64,000 nucleotides of DNA from Alphaproteobacteria bacterium. Its GTDB lineage: Bacteria; Pseudomonadota; Alphaproteobacteria; SP197. Every line of letters begins with the position of its first letter. Positions within the stretch are counted from its first letter, which is position 1. The position numbers and the translations under genes are program-made. Below the pieces are notes generated by a model. The model was not told the origin of the DNA. It did no database searches and was given only the letters and a program-made list of their open reading frames with translations. The stretch covers positions 992,001 to 1,056,000 of the forward strand of contig OZ219747.1 in NCBI GenBank assembly GCA_964291265.2, read 5' to 3'. Of the stretch, positions 21,179 through 32,458 are shown in pieces.

Positions 21179-21871
21179 ATGACGCGCCCGGCCGCCGCCA
21201 TCGTCGCGATGTCGGCGGTGGTTGTCGTGTCGAACCTGCTGGTTCACGCCCCCATCAACGACTGGCTGACCTGGGCCGCCTTCACCTACCCCTTCTCGTT
21301 TCTCGTGACGGATCTTGCCAACCGCGCCTTCGGACCGGCACGCGCCGCCCGGGTGGTGCTGTGGGGATTCACCGTCGGTGTCGCCATGTCCGCCCTGCTC
21401 TCGGACTGGACACCCCTTGCCATGCCGCAGGCGTTCTCGGAGAAGGCCCTGCTGACCGCGGTGGCGTCCGGTTCCGCCTTCCTCTCGGCACAGCTCCTCG
21501 ACATCCTCGTTTTCCGCCTTCTGCGCCGGTCGGCATGGTGGCGGGCGCCTCTCGTCTCCTCGGCGGTGGCGTCCGCCGTGGATACCCTCATCTTCTTCTG
21601 GCTGCTGTTCGGTGTCTTCTTCCCCGAATGGGGACTCGACTGGGTGAGCTACGGTGCCGGCGACTACGCCGTCAAGGCGTCGATGGCCCTGGTTCTCCTG
21701 GTGCCCTACCGCGTGCTCACGGCGCCGCCTGCGGCCGCCGCCCGAGGTGGTGCCTGTCCGGGGCGACGGGAACGGGTGGCCGGTGTTTCCTCGTCGAAGA
21801 GGGACGCGAGTTCGCCGAGCACGGTGCCGCCGAGCTGTTCGACATCGGTGAGCGTGACAGCGCGGCGATAG
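21179..21871 (+). CDS. Queuosine precursor transporter (Vut_1/YhhQ family)
   Basis: SNLLV, TW.AFTYP.SFLVTDL.NR.FG, ASGSAFL.AQLLD, VDTLIF. The 3' tail overlaps convergent cobT. Confidence 0.85.
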   Translation: MTRPAAAIVAMSAVVVVSNLLVHAPINDWLTWAAFTYPFSFLVTDLANRAFGPARAARVVLWGFTVGVAMSALLSDWTPLAMPQAFSEKALLTAVASGSAFLSAQLLDILVFRLLRRSAWWRAPLVSSAVASAVDTLIFFWLLFGVFFPEWGLDWVSYGAGDYAVKASMALVLLVPYRVLTAPPAAAARGGACPGRRERVAGVSSSKRDASSPSTVPPSCSTSVSVTARR

Positions 21872-23583
21872 TAGCGCGTCACGTCGTGACCGATGCCGAT
21901 GGCGACGAGTTCCACCGGCGAGAGTCCCTCGATGCTGTCGATGACCTGGCGCAGGTGACGCTCCAGGTAGTTGCCCGAATTGACCGAAAGCGTGGAATCG
22001 TCCACCGGGGCGCCATCGGAGATCACCATGAGGATGCGCCGCTGTTCGGGGCGGCCGATCAGCCGTTCGTGGGCCCACAGCAGTGCCTCACCGTCGATGT
22101 TCTCCTTGAGAAGCCCCTCGCGCAGCATCAGACCCAGGCTCCGCCGGGCGCGCCGCCAGGGCATGTCCGCGGACTTGTAGACAATGTGGCGAAGGTCGTT
22201 GAGACGGCCCGGCGCAGCGGGCTTGCCGGATGCCAGCCACTTCTCGCGGCTGCGTCCGCCCTTCCAGGTGCGCGTGGTGAACCCGAGGATCTCGACCTTG
22301 ACGCCGCAGCGTTCCAGGGTCTGCGCCAGGATGTCCGCGCTCATCGCGGCGATGCCGATCGGCCGGCCGCGCATGGAGCCGGAATTGTCGATGAGGAGCG
22401 ACACCACCGTGTCGCGGAACTCGGTCTCGTGCTCGATCTTGAAGGAGAGCGGCATCAGGGGATCGACGACCACCCGGGACAGCCTCGCCGAGTCGAGGAG
22501 TCCCTCCTCGAGATCGAATTCCCAGGCCCTGTTCTGCTGGGACATGAGCTTGCGCTGGAGGCGGTTGGCGAGACGCGACGTGACACCGCGCAGATGGGCG
22601 ATCTGCTGGTCGAGCTGGGCTCGCAGGCGTGCCAGCTCTTCCGCGTCACAGAGATCCGTGGCGTCGATGACCTCGTCGAATTCCTGGGTGAAGGCGCGGT
22701 AGAGGAACCGGTTGCTGGCCACGTTCAGGGGGTCGTCGGCGCGCTGCATCTCGCCGGCGGGATCGGTGTCGTCGGTACTGGCCGATATCATCTCCTCGTC
22801 CTCCGATTCCCGGGAATCGGCTTCCATGGAATCCTCGGACATCTCTTCCTCGGCGCTGGCCTCGGATGGGGATTCGCTCTCCCCTTCGGCCTCGGCCTGT
22901 TCGGGGTCGGCCTCGTCGCTGTCGTCCTGGTCCTCGGGTGCGGCGTCCGCCTCGTCATCGGGCAGGTCGAGATGGCGAATGAGCGTGCGCAAGGCCTCGG
23001 CGAAGGCCGCCTGGTCACCGATGACCTCGTGAAGCGAATCCAGTTCGCTGCCGATCTTCTCGTCGATCCAGCCGCGCATGAGCCGGGTGGCCCGCGTCGC
23101 CGAAGGCGGCGGCGCCAGGCCGGTCAGTCTCTCGCGGACGAGCAGGCCGATGACGTCGGCCAGCGGCGCATCCTCGCGCTGCTCGATGCGGTGCAGGCCC
23201 CTGGTCCGGCAACGTTCCTCGAGCACCGTCTGGATGTTGTCGGCCACACCCTTCATGCGCATCGCTCCGATGGATTCGCAGCGCGCCTCCTCGACGACAT
23301 CGAAGATCGAGCGCCCGAGCTCGCTCGCCGGTCGGCGGCGGGCATGGGTCCGGGTGTCGTGGTGGCGCAACTTGAGCGCCAGGGCGTCGGCTTCGCCCCG
23401 CGCCATGGAGACGGCATGCCGGTCGAGTTCCCGCGGCAACTGCGTCAGCCGCGCCGTCCTGCCGCTGGCGCCGGGCTCCCTGACACCGAAACTCACCTCG
23501 AGTTCCGGTTCAAGGGCCATGGCGCGCATGGTGCCCGCCACGACTCTCCTGAAGGGTTCGGCCGGGTTGCCGTCCTGAGTCAG
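21706..23583 (-). CDS. cobT: Cobaltochelatase subunit CobT
   Basis: [11 protein letters not shown], v[37 protein letters not shown]. Likely CTG start at 23583 (GTG at 23541 in the ORF track). Confidence 0.94.
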   Translation of the reverse strand: MTQDGNPAEPFRRVVAGTMRAMALEPELEVSFGVREPGASGRTARLTQLPRELDRHAVSMARGEADALALKLRHHDTRTHARRRPASELGRSIFDVVEEARCESIGAMRMKGVADNIQTVLEERCRTRGLHRIEQREDAPLADVIGLLVRERLTGLAPPPSATRATRLMRGWIDEKIGSELDSLHEVIGDQAAFAEALRTLIRHLDLPDDEADAAPEDQDDSDEADPEQAEAEGESESPSEASAEEEMSEDSMEADSRESEDEEMISASTDDTDPAGEMQRADDPLNVASNRFLYRAFTQEFDEVIDATDLCDAEELARLRAQLDQQIAHLRGVTSRLANRLQRKLMSQQNRAWEFDLEEGLLDSARLSRVVVDPLMPLSFKIEHETEFRDTVVSLLIDNSGSMRGRPIGIAAMSADILAQTLERCGVKVEILGFTTRTWKGGRSREKWLASGKPAAPGRLNDLRHIVYKSADMPWRRARRSLGLMLREGLLKENIDGEALLWAHERLIGRPEQRRILMVISDGAPVDDSTLSVNSGNYLERHLRQVIDSIEGLSPVELVAIGIGHDVTRYYRRAVTLTDVEQLGGTVLGELASLFDEETPATRSRRPGQAPPRAAAAGGAVSTR

Positions 23584-23610
23584 GGGACTTCCTCCGCGGA
23601 CCGAAGAGGC

Positions 23611-24609
23611 CTACTGCGCCGCGGTTCCGGCGATGGCGGCCTCGCCGATCTCGGATCCGAAACAGCGCTGGTAGAATTCCGCAACCTGAGCGCGTTCGGT
23701 TTCGTCGCACTTGTTGAGGAAGGTCAGCCGGAAGGCGAAACCGATGTCATCGAAGATCTCCGCATTCTCGGCCCAGGTGATCACCGTCCTGGGTGACATG
23801 ACGGTCGAGATGTCGCCGGCGACGAAGGCGCCGCGCGTCAATTCGGCGACGGCCACCATCCGGCCGATGGTCTCCATGCCCCGCGTGGTGGCGTAGTGCG
23901 GAACCTTGGAGAGGACGATCTTCTCCTCTTCCTCGTGCGCGAGGTAATTCAGCGTCGAGACGATGGACCACCGGTCCATCTGTCCCTGGTTGATCTGCTG
24001 GGTGCCGTGATAGAGCCCCGTGGTGTCGCCGAGGCCGACGGTATTGGCCGTGGAAAACAGGCGGAAGGAGGGGTGGGGGACGATCACCCTGTTCTGGTCG
24101 AGCAGTGTCATCCTGCCCTGAACCTCGAGCACCCGCTGGATCACGAACATCACGTCGGGACGGCCGGCGTCATACTCGTCGAACACCAGGGCGACCGGGT
24201 TCTGGATCGCCCATGGCAGGATGCCCTCGCGGAATTCTGTGACCTGCATGCCGTCGCGCAGGATGATGGCGTCCTTGCCGATGAGATCGATCCGGGAGAT
24301 GTGACTGTCCAGGTTGACCCGGATGCACGGCCAGTTGAGGCGCGCCGCCACCTGTTCGATATGGGTGGACTTTCCGGTGCCGTGGTAGCCCTGGATCATC
24401 ACCCTGCGGTTGTGGGCAAAGCCGGCGAGAATGGCCAGCGTCGTCTGCGGATCGAAGACATAGGCATCGTCGATATCCGGAACGTGTTCGCCACGGACCG
24501 AATAGCCCGGCACTTCCATGGTGGTGTCGAGGTCGAAGACCGACGCAACCCTGACGGTCACATCGGGGACGCCCTGCGGAAGCAGGCTGGTTTCGCTGGG
24601 GTTCTTCAC
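23611..24609 (-). CDS. cobS: Cobaltochelatase subunit CobS (AAA+)
   Basis: [44 protein letters not shown]. Start approximate. Confidence 0.95.
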   Translation of the reverse strand: MKNPSETSLLPQGVPDVTVRVASVFDLDTTMEVPGYSVRGEHVPDIDDAYVFDPQTTLAILAGFAHNRRVMIQGYHGTGKSTHIEQVAARLNWPCIRVNLDSHISRIDLIGKDAIILRDGMQVTEFREGILPWAIQNPVALVFDEYDAGRPDVMFVIQRVLEVQGRMTLLDQNRVIVPHPSFRLFSTANTVGLGDTTGLYHGTQQINQGQMDRWSIVSTLNYLAHEEEEKIVLSKVPHYATTRGMETIGRMVAVAELTRGAFVAGDISTVMSPRTVITWAENAEIFDDIGFAFRLTFLNKCDETERAQVAEFYQRCFGSEIGEAAIAGTAAQ

Positions 24610-24769
24610 GGTCTCGCACGTCTTGATTGTCTGCCCGTCCGGACACCTCATCTCGGGGGCGGGTCACCGCCTCGCCGTCACCGGGCTCCGGATGGGCCAA
24701 CAATGGCATGGCCGCGGGATGGCGTGCAAGGGACCTTGACCGTCCGGGCCTGGTCAAGGGGCCGCGCCT

Positions 24770-25318
24770 TCAGTCGTGTCCGGATGCGGTGAGGTGCCGG
24801 TAGGCCCAGATGACATCGCGCAGCCGGCCGTTGGCCTTGCCGCTGCCGCCGTTGATGTCCGGATGGCAAGCCTTCACGATCTTCTTGAATCGCCTGCGGA
24901 TGGCCGCCGCGTCGGCGTCGGGTCCGATATCGAGAATGGAGCGTGCCTTGCGTTCCGTCGCCGACATCGCCCTCTGGGGCGCTGCCGCCGGACCACACGT
25001 CCCGTCCCCGGCGACGCCGAAGACGTCCCGCACGCCGTCACCGGTCCACACCCGGTGGAGGTGATGCGGCGCCGAGGCGGGCCATGTCGGCCGGTGCCAG
25101 GAGAGGTCCGCGTGCTGCCAGGCCTCGATGGCCTCCTTCGACCAGCCGTCGAAGAAGTTCCAGGTGCGATTGAACGCGCGAACGTGTTCGAGGCACAGGT
25201 ACTGGAACCTGCCGGTCCTGTCAGGCGACACCGGCGCACGGTATTCCCCGGAGCGTTCACACCCGGCATGGGAGCATGTCCTCGCGGGAGCGTCTTTCCT
25301 GTTCGACCGTCGCGACAT
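24770..25318 (-). CDS. J-domain (DnaJ-like) protein
   Basis: C...GC...GEYRAP, CLEHVRAFNRTWNFF, HPD motif; usual position upstream of cobS. Confidence 0.9.
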   Translation of the reverse strand: MSRRSNRKDAPARTCSHAGCERSGEYRAPVSPDRTGRFQYLCLEHVRAFNRTWNFFDGWSKEAIEAWQHADLSWHRPTWPASAPHHLHRVWTGDGVRDVFGVAGDGTCGPAAAPQRAMSATERKARSILDIGPDADAAAIRRRFKKIVKACHPDINGGSGKANGRLRDVIWAYRHLTASGHD

Positions 25319-26172
25319 GGTCCCAGTATAGGATGATGCGGGCGCCGGCGGCCACAGGCGCGGCGGCGATGATCCATGTTTCCGGCTGCGGGACCGTCGC
25401 TTGCGCAGGAGTGCGGCGGCGGTGGCGGCACACGAATCGCCCCTGCCACCCGAGCCAGGAGCTTTCGAGGTCGGCAGGCGCCGTGCGCTGGCGCATGCTG
25501 ATGCCGGCAATGGTCAACACCCGGACTGCGAAAGGGTCAGGACCCGGGTGTTGTTCGCCACCACCCCCGAGCCGCCGGCACTGCTGTTCCGGCTCCCGGC
25601 CGGTCCACCTGTCGCGGGGAGCGCACCTGAAGGCGCCGTTCCGCCACGCCGCCGGGTCCAGCCGCCTCAGCCCCGAAGGTCGCGGCCCGCCGGACGGCGG
25701 AAGCCGAGACCTTCGGGGTCCGTCGGTCAGCGCCTCCCGGAGCGGACGCTGCTGCGGCCTCGCCAGGCGGACCTCGGACAGTGAGTGAGCCTTCGGGAGT
25801 TCCGGATGGACCGGGCAGGTTTCCATGCGCTTGCGAAGCGACATGCCGGGAGCATCGTCCATCCGGTGCGGGAAGCCCGGAGGACACTGCCGACACGTGC
25901 GGGCAACGCATGAGCGCCCGTCGCCAGGAGGAACCAGGCGGAACCCGGCGTGGGACCGTCCTGGGTCGGACGCCATTCCCCTTGCGGGCGGATGAGAGCA
26001 TCGGGCAGCCTGGCAAGGTCCGAACCGGACCCGGGGCCGGAAAGTACGGCGCGGCGGCGGACATTGTTCTGGAGTGTGGCGGTCAGATCGGCCATGCTCC
26101 GATTCGCTGAACCCGTGGTTCGATCGAACGTGCTCCGGGTTCCAGCGTCATCAGGCAAGGGAGGAGCTTCAG

Positions 26173-27306
26173 ATGAGACACGGCAGTTGTCCTGTCGACG
26201 ACATGATCGATGAGGCATCAAGGGGCAGGCTGTCACGTCGACAGTTCGGCGAACTCCTCGGCATCACGGGCGTGTCGCTCATGGCGGTGCCCGTCGTCGC
26301 CCGACCAGCCGCGGCCGAGGGCGAGGAGGCCTTCTATTTCACCTGGGGCGGCTACGACATTCCGGAACTGTTGGAAGAGTACCATGAAAAGCACGGTGCC
26401 TACCCGGACATGGCTCCCTATGCCAGCAGCAACGATGGCCTCGCCAAGGTGCGCTCCGGTTTCGTTGTCGATGTCCTGCACCCATGCAACGCGAACGCGC
26501 CGCTATGGGTGCAGGCCGGCATCGTCCGGCCGCTCGACACGTCGAAGCTGTCGCACTGGGATGACCTCATCCCCTCCCTGAAGACCATCGCTGCCGTCGG
26601 CGACGAGGCCTACTTCGCGCCGATGGACTGGGGCCAGACCTCGGTCACCTACCGGACCGACATCGTCGAAGTCCCGGAAGGCGAGGAAGAGTCGTGGGGC
26701 ATCCTCTGGGACGAGCGCTACAGGGACAAGATCGCCATCATCGGCAACGAAGGCGACAGCTGGTGGTGCGCGGCCATCTATGCCGGCATACCGTTCGAGG
26801 AGCTCGAGAGCGAAGAGAACATCCAGAAGGTCGCCGGCCTGCTGCGCGAACAGCTTCCTCTCGTCCGGATGTACACCGACGACATGACAAGCGTCGAGCA
26901 GGCGCTTGCCTCCGGTGAACTGGTTGCGGCCATGACCTGGAACAGCTCGGCTGTCGCCCTCAAGGCAGAAGGCGTGCCGGTCAGGTTTGCAGCGCCGAAG
27001 GAAGGCGCCCTGACATGGGTCTGTGGTGCCATGATCTATGCCGATGCACCCCGCGTGGACAAGGCACATGATGTGGTCAATTCCCTGCTCAGTCCGGAAT
27101 CCGGTCGTTTCCTGATCAACGACTATGGCTATGGCCATTCCAACCGGAAGTCCTTCGACCTCGTCAGCGAGGACCGGCTTGCCGAGCTGGGGCTCAGCCG
27201 CAACCCGGAAGACGTGCTGGGTGCGGGCAGGTACCAGATTCCGACGTCGGACGAGTTCTCAAGCCGAATCGCCGAGCTCTTCGCGGAGATCAAGGCAGGG
27301 TACTGA
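26173..27306 (+). CDS. PotD/PotF-like polyamine ABC transporter substrate-binding protein, Tat-like signal
   Basis: SRRQFGELL, FTWGGY, PMDWGQT, SWGILWDE.Y, PKEGALTW; GGAGGAG RBS. Confidence 0.85.
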   Translation: MRHGSCPVDDMIDEASRGRLSRRQFGELLGITGVSLMAVPVVARPAAAEGEEAFYFTWGGYDIPELLEEYHEKHGAYPDMAPYASSNDGLAKVRSGFVVDVLHPCNANAPLWVQAGIVRPLDTSKLSHWDDLIPSLKTIAAVGDEAYFAPMDWGQTSVTYRTDIVEVPEGEEESWGILWDERYRDKIAIIGNEGDSWWCAAIYAGIPFEELESEENIQKVAGLLREQLPLVRMYTDDMTSVEQALASGELVAAMTWNSSAVALKAEGVPVRFAAPKEGALTWVCGAMIYADAPRVDKAHDVVNSLLSPESGRFLINDYGYGHSNRKSFDLVSEDRLAELGLSRNPEDVLGAGRYQIPTSDEFSSRIAELFAEIKAGY

Positions 27307-27401
27307 GGCCACGTGTCGGCTGCCCCCCTGAAAAGGGGCCTGATGCCCGGACTGCGTCCCCGTCCCATGGCTCGACCGCGGAAGGGTCCGGGAGGCACGG
27401 C

Positions 27402-28754
27402 ATGACGACGCAGCGGGACGTCGTTGTCATCGGCGCAGGCGCGGCAGGTCTCGCGGCGGCCAAGGAACTGGCCCGGCTCGGTGTCACCTGCACGGTCATC
27501 GAGGCATCGCACCGCATCGGTGGGCGGGCCTGCTCCGAGGAAATCATGCCGAACGTGTGGTTCGACCTGGGCTGCGCCTGGCTCGGCACCGGGGTTGGCA
27601 ACCCCTTTGCCGACATCGGCGATGATCTGGGCATTGCCCTCGGCAGGTTCGCCGCCGCCTACAAGCCGTAGAACCACCGGTTCGTGCGAGACGGCACGGC
27701 CCTCACTCCTGAACAGTGGGCCGCCTGCCGCCGTTACTTTGTCGATTGCCACAAGGCCATCGCGACCGCTGCCGGCCGCGAACGGGATGTCGCGGTCAGC
27801 GAGGTGATCGACCTCGAGAACACCTACGCGGCGCCCTTTCTGGAGAACGTCGCAACGGCATGGGGGCTGGATGCCGACGAGGTGTCCGCCGTGGACTTTG
27901 CCAGTTCCACCGGGGAACTCGGCTATCCGGCCGTGCGCGGTTACGGCAACCTGGTCGCCGCGTGGGGTGCCGATGTCGAGGTCACCCTCAACGCACGCGC
28001 GGAGCGCATCGACTGGTCGGGCCCCGGCGTTTCGGTCGAAACGCCGAAGGGAACCGTGACGGCATGCCGCGCCCTCTGCACGGTGTCGACAGGGCTTCTG
28101 GCTTCAGGCGATCTCGGATTCTCGCCGCCGCTGCCCGACTGGAAGCAGGAGGCCGTCCATGGCCTGCCCATGGGCACCGAGAACAAGATGGGGGTCGCCT
28201 TCGACACGGACGTCTTCGGTACCGGGGAGCGTGGCCACTATACGGTCTGGAATCGCGACGGCGACACGGCAAAGATCGACGCTGGCGCCATGGGGCTCGA
28301 TGTCGCCGCCGTCTTTGTCGGCGGCCGCCGCGCGGTCCGGCTCGAAAGGCAGGGTCCACAGGCCTGCCGCGACTTCGCCGTGGACAGGGTGGCCGAGGTG
28401 TTCGGCAACGACATACGCAAGCGCGTCGTGCGGTCCATCACGACCGCCTGGAGCACGGATCCCTGGACACGGGGCTCATGGGCCTGCGCATGGCCCGGAC
28501 AGGTGCACCAACGCGAACACCTGGCGCGCACCATTGACGATCGCCTCTTCTTCGCCGGCGAAGCCACCATGGTGGGAGGGCAGGGAACCTGTCACGGCGC
28601 CTGTTTCTCGGGCATCCGGGCCGCAAGGGAGATTGCCGGCCGGCCGCATCGGGACCAGCGGCTGCCCGTCCACCCCGGGCGCGGCAGGGGAGCGTCGGAT
28701 CCGGACCCGTCTCACCCTGCCCCAATCGCTGCGCCGGACGAGTGCAGTTCTTGA
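27402..28754 (+). pseudogene. Flavin monoamine oxidase-family gene with in-frame TAG at 27669-27671
   Basis: GAGAAGLAAA..L, EASHRIGGRA, DLGCAW, then same frame W..DPWTRGSW, FFAGEAT, HGA..SG.RAA. Confidence 0.85.
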
Positions 28755-28779
28755 CCGTCTGCGGCGCTCTCGGTCGCCG

Positions 28780-29093
28780 CCCTGCACGATGTCTCCAGGC
28801 CATCCGCACCGAGCGCGCACGGCGGGCGCTTCAACGGCATGCCCGAAGCCAACCGGCATGACGCCGCCCGCGCCCGGGACGCCCTCGACGCTGTCCTCAT
28901 CCCGCTCGGCGGATGAACCGTCACCCCTGATCCCTGAGCGATACGCCGGGGACGCGCTGCTGGACGGCACGCCAGGTGGGCTGCCCGAATATCCCGAAAT
29001 GCGTGCCTGGTGAGCCCCGATGCGCCAGCGACGGCCACTGAAACCGGCACGCCAGTGAACCAGGATGGCCTCAGGCATGCCCGGTCCCTGTCG
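28780..29093 (+). mobile_element. Internally deleted ISAs1 remnant related to 4539-6638
   Basis: ATGCCCGAAGCCAACCGGCA...CTCATCCCGC.CGGCGGATGAACC and CGTGCCTGGTGAGCCC.GATGC.CCAGC...CCACTGAAACC match 6348-6600. Confidence 0.82.
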
Positions 29094-29933
29094 CAGGTGC
29101 CGAGCGCCGCGACGGGTGGCGCCGCCGGAGCGCAGCGCGTCGGCGAACCGGTCAGGCGGCGTGTTGCGAATCGACATGGCGAAGACCGGCCTGCATGCCC
29201 GCAGCATGCACGAAACGGATCACCTGCATCGGTGCGGGCCGTTAAAGTGTCCGGAGACGACGGCTGCCGCGAACACGGCATCCGGTGGCCACCGGGGAGG
29301 CGCCAAGGAACATCACCGGTTTCCCCAGCGGGCCGGATCACGACATCATCAGGAACTGAGGAAGCCGGGGTGCAGGAGTTCGATGCGTCCCTGTCGGACC
29401 CTGGAGCTGGTGCCCGGCAGACGGTCACGCAGCCGTGACCTAAGCCTGTTCGGCAAGTCCGCAAACTCGTCATGGAGGGCGCGGAGCATGACCTTCGTGT
29501 GCAGAGGGGCCCCGCCCCCTTTCCCATGAAGCACGCAACGTCATCGTCGCGGTCGCGAATGGCTCTGCCGCGCCCACCGAAGGCTTCCCTGACGACGGGA
29601 TCGACCGCCGCGTGTTCCCGGCGGCGTGGCAGCCGCCGCCCATCCGGGATGAGGGCGCATCGGCAGGGCGAACTCGACATTCCTCCCGGTCCTGCGGGCA
29701 GCGGCGAGGGGACCGCAGGCCGTTTGCTTGGCCGGGTTCGGGCGGGCCTGAGATCACCTGTCGGGTTGGTGGTTCGATCGCCCGATGGTGCGGACAACGA
29801 TCCCTCAAGGCAGGCGCTGTCAGCGGTGCGTGGCGCGAGGCGGCGCCGGAGCGAATCATGTGCGGCGGACCATGGGCGTTGCGTTGACCTGGCTGATGGT
29901 CAAGTGTTCAAGATGAGTGCAGGAGGTTGAATC

Positions 29934-30206
29934 ATGAGGGTTCGCGCGACCATCGTTGACAAGCTGACGCGGGCGCTCGAGCCGGACGAGCTCGAGGTCG
30001 TCGACGAATCACACCTGCATGCCGGCCATGCCGGGGCGCGCAAGGAAGGTGAAAGTCACTTTCGCGTGCGCATCGTTTCACCGACCTTCGCCGGCCTCGG
30101 CCGTGTCGCTCGACAGAGGCTGGTCTACCACGCCCTTGCCGAGGACATGGCGAGCGACATTCACGCGCTGGCGATCGACGCGCGCGCTCCGGGCGAAACC
30201 CGTTGA
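29934..30206 (+). CDS. bolA: BolA family protein
   Basis: LEVVDESHLHAGHAG, GESHFRV.IVS..F.G..RVARQRLVY, IHALAI. Confidence 0.94.
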   Translation: MRVRATIVDKLTRALEPDELEVVDESHLHAGHAGARKEGESHFRVRIVSPTFAGLGRVARQRLVYHALAEDMASDIHALAIDARAPGETR

Positions 30207-30931
30207 GCCAGGCGGCCGGGGACGCATGACGAAAGCCCGAGGCGAACGAGTGCCGTGTGCACCATGGCCTGGTTGCTCGTCACCACCGCCCGGGAGGTGC
30301 GTTGCTCGAGTTCGTCGATGATCTCGACGGCACGCATGTCGGTGCAGGAAAGGACGATGGCATCGGCATCGACGTGGCTGGCCCGCAGGCCCAGTTCGAG
30401 AACGTCGGCCGGTGCGAGATCGCCCTGACCGTAGCTCCCGAGGTCGCGGCCGATGTCCGCGGTGTTGACGACCTCGAACCCGGCGTCATGGAGAAACGCC
30501 GCGCCTTCGAGATTGAGCGCCCTCGTATAGGGCGAGGCAAAGGCGATGCGCCGGGCTTCGAGTTGCCTGAGGGCGCTGACAAGCGCCCCCGCAGCCGTCA
30601 CCACGGGAACACCTGCCCCGGCCTCGATGGCGAGGCCGAAGTCGCGATCCATGGCAGGCCCCGAGGCGAGCGTCGCCGAGGTGCAGCCGTAGAGAAGGAT
30701 ATCGGGCCGCGCCGCCATGACGAGGTGGAGCACGTCACTCAGTCCGGCGCGGGCAAAGCGGCGCATTTCGTCGGCATCGGGGATGCGGTCGAGGTCGTAG
30801 CCTCCGGCGCGCGCCACGTGAAAGGAAACACCAGGCGGGCGCAGCAGGGTGAGGTCGGCCTCCAGATTGGTGTTGGAAAAGGGCGTGATGACGCCGATGC
30901 GCGCCAGTCCGCGCGTCGGGAAGGCCTTCAT
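30161..30931 (-). CDS. Maleate cis-trans isomerase / Asp-Glu racemase family protein
   Basis: RIGVITPFSNTNLE, YGCTSAT, ASPY, LSCTDMR, VVTSNQA. Confidence 0.87.
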   Translation of the reverse strand: MKAFPTRGLARIGVITPFSNTNLEADLTLLRPPGVSFHVARAGGYDLDRIPDADEMRRFARAGLSDVLHLVMAARPDILLYGCTSATLASGPAMDRDFGLAIEAGAGVPVVTAAGALVSALRQLEARRIAFASPYTRALNLEGAAFLHDAGFEVVNTADIGRDLGSYGQGDLAPADVLELGLRASHVDADAIVLSCTDMRAVEIIDELEQRTSRAVVTSNQAMVHTALVRLGLSSCVPGRLAQRVSPGARASIASA

Positions 30932-31479
30932 GAACCCTTGCCGGTGTACCAGTCGGGGAACTCCCGTTCGACCACCGGTCCGTCGGCTGCCCAGGCGTGA
31001 CAGCCGTCAATCACCCAGGGCTTCCTCGCCTTGTCGACGGGTTCTCCGGACCGGCGGCGGCCATGCATCGCCTGCACGGCGACGGTCCCGAGCCGGCCCA
31101 GCATTTCGGCGATGTGCGTACACCCCCGGGTGCCGCCGAAGAGATCGCGCAGCCGGCGATTCCAGCCCGGACCGATCGTGACGCCCACGAGCCTGGCGTA
31201 GTCGGGCTCGATGGCCGGGCAGATGGCAAAGGGTGTCTTCTCCATCCTGACGGCAACGTCCCGGATCTCGAACGAGCGATCGACGGTGAGGCGCAGCCAC
31301 ATGCCGTGGATCGGGTCTCCTGGCTCGATCGTGCCACGGTCCCTGTTGGGTATCGGGCAGGTCTTGGTGTCGCTCAGGCTGGCTTCGAGATCCCACAGCC
31401 CGTCGCCGCGTTCGTAGGCCTCACAGAAGATCCGGCGTGTGTGAATGAGCCTCCGGGTATCCGGTTCCGGTGATGGCAT
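30928..31479 (-). CDS. DUF2889-like protein
   Basis: HTRRI.C.AY.R.DGLWD.EA.L.DTK, PIH.MWLRLT.D, GCTH..EML, IDGCHAW. Confidence 0.8.
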   Translation of the reverse strand: MPSPEPDTRRLIHTRRIFCEAYERGDGLWDLEASLSDTKTCPIPNRDRGTIEPGDPIHGMWLRLTVDRSFEIRDVAVRMEKTPFAICPAIEPDYARLVGVTIGPGWNRRLRDLFGGTRGCTHIAEMLGRLGTVAVQAMHGRRRSGEPVDKARKPWVIDGCHAWAADGPVVEREFPDWYTGKGS

Positions 31480-31542
31480 GCCTCGGTCCGCGTCCGTCGT
31501 GCATGGCGACATTGACGGTGCCCGACCCGTATTGCAAGAGCC

Positions 31543-32445
31543 TCAGGGGCCCGTCCCTGCCATCCACCAGGCCAGCGGGATGATGGCCGGCAACAGGCAG
31601 AGAACCGCGACGGTCGACACGACGACATAGCTTGCGACCTCGTCCGGCGAACGGTTGTAGCGCACCGAAGCAAGGTAGTTGAAGACCGCTCCGGGCATCA
31701 CGCAGCAGATCACCACCACGCCGCGCGCCGCTCCGTCAAGGCCGAGGACGGCGATGAGGGCCAACGCCACGCCGAGCCCGGCGATGATGCGCAGGATCGC
31801 CAGCACCAGGGGACGGGCGATGGTGGACACCCTGAACCGGGCGAGGGATGTGCCAAGCAGGATCAGCATCATCGGAATGGTGAGACCGCCGATCAGATCC
31901 GTGGTGTTGGTGAGCCAGGCTGGCGGTGCGGTTCCGGACAGGGTGAAGGCCAGCGCCACTGCGATGGCGTAGACGTGGGGTGTCCTGGCGATCATGCCGG
32001 GCGATGCCCGGCCTGACATCAGCCAGAAGTGGACGGTGAAGAAGAGCATCGATTGCGTGGCGAACATGATGAGGCCGAGTTCGAGACCGGCATCGCCGAA
32101 GGCGAAGAGGTTGAGCGGCAGGCCGAGATTGCCGAGATTGCCGAACACCACCGGCGGCAGGAAGACACCCGCAGGCAGGGCCGTCAGCCTGATCAGAAGG
32201 TGGCCCGATGCCAGGAACGCGCCGATCATGAGCAGGGCAGCGAGAACCATGATCCCGAGTTCCACGGCCGGCACCACGAGTGTCGAGAGGGTCGAAAACA
32301 CGAGGCACGGAGTGCCGACGTTGAGAATGACCGGTGTCAACCGGTCGGGTTCGACCGGCTTCCCCCAGCGGGCCCAGGCCACTCCGACAAGGATCGTTGC
32401 CAGGACCGGAACGAGGACCGGTACCAGCGCATCGACAAGAGCCAA
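31543..32445 (-). CDS. AEC-family transporter
   Basis: About 10 TM segments; GTPCLVF, FGNLGNLGLPL.LFAFG, IPMMLILLG, MPGAVFNY. Confidence 0.87.
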   Translation of the reverse strand: MALVDALVPVLVPVLATILVGVAWARWGKPVEPDRLTPVILNVGTPCLVFSTLSTLVVPAVELGIMVLAALLMIGAFLASGHLLIRLTALPAGVFLPPVVFGNLGNLGLPLNLFAFGDAGLELGLIMFATQSMLFFTVHFWLMSGRASPGMIARTPHVYAIAVALAFTLSGTAPPAWLTNTTDLIGGLTIPMMLILLGTSLARFRVSTIARPLVLAILRIIAGLGVALALIAVLGLDGAARGVVVICCVMPGAVFNYLASVRYNRSPDEVASYVVVSTVAVLCLLPAIIPLAWWMAGTGP

Positions 32446-32458
32446 GGGTTCGCTCCGG

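Noticed and set aside
21706-21871. 165-bp convergent overlap of the Vut_1 transporter and cobT as dual coding
   Set aside because: Both overlapping tails are low-complexity extensions beyond the conserved domains, most likely stop-codon drift.
25510-25560. GTCAACACCCGG hairpin as an IscB omega/HEARO RNA start or glycine riboswitch
   Set aside because: Only superficial similarity; no IscB/TnpB ORF, and the conserved riboswitch blocks are not in the right order.
27669-27671. Pyrrolysine or programmed read-through of the TAG in the amine oxidase
   Set aside because: No pyl genes in view, the family is not known to use Pyl, and the surrounding decay favours a nonsense mutation.
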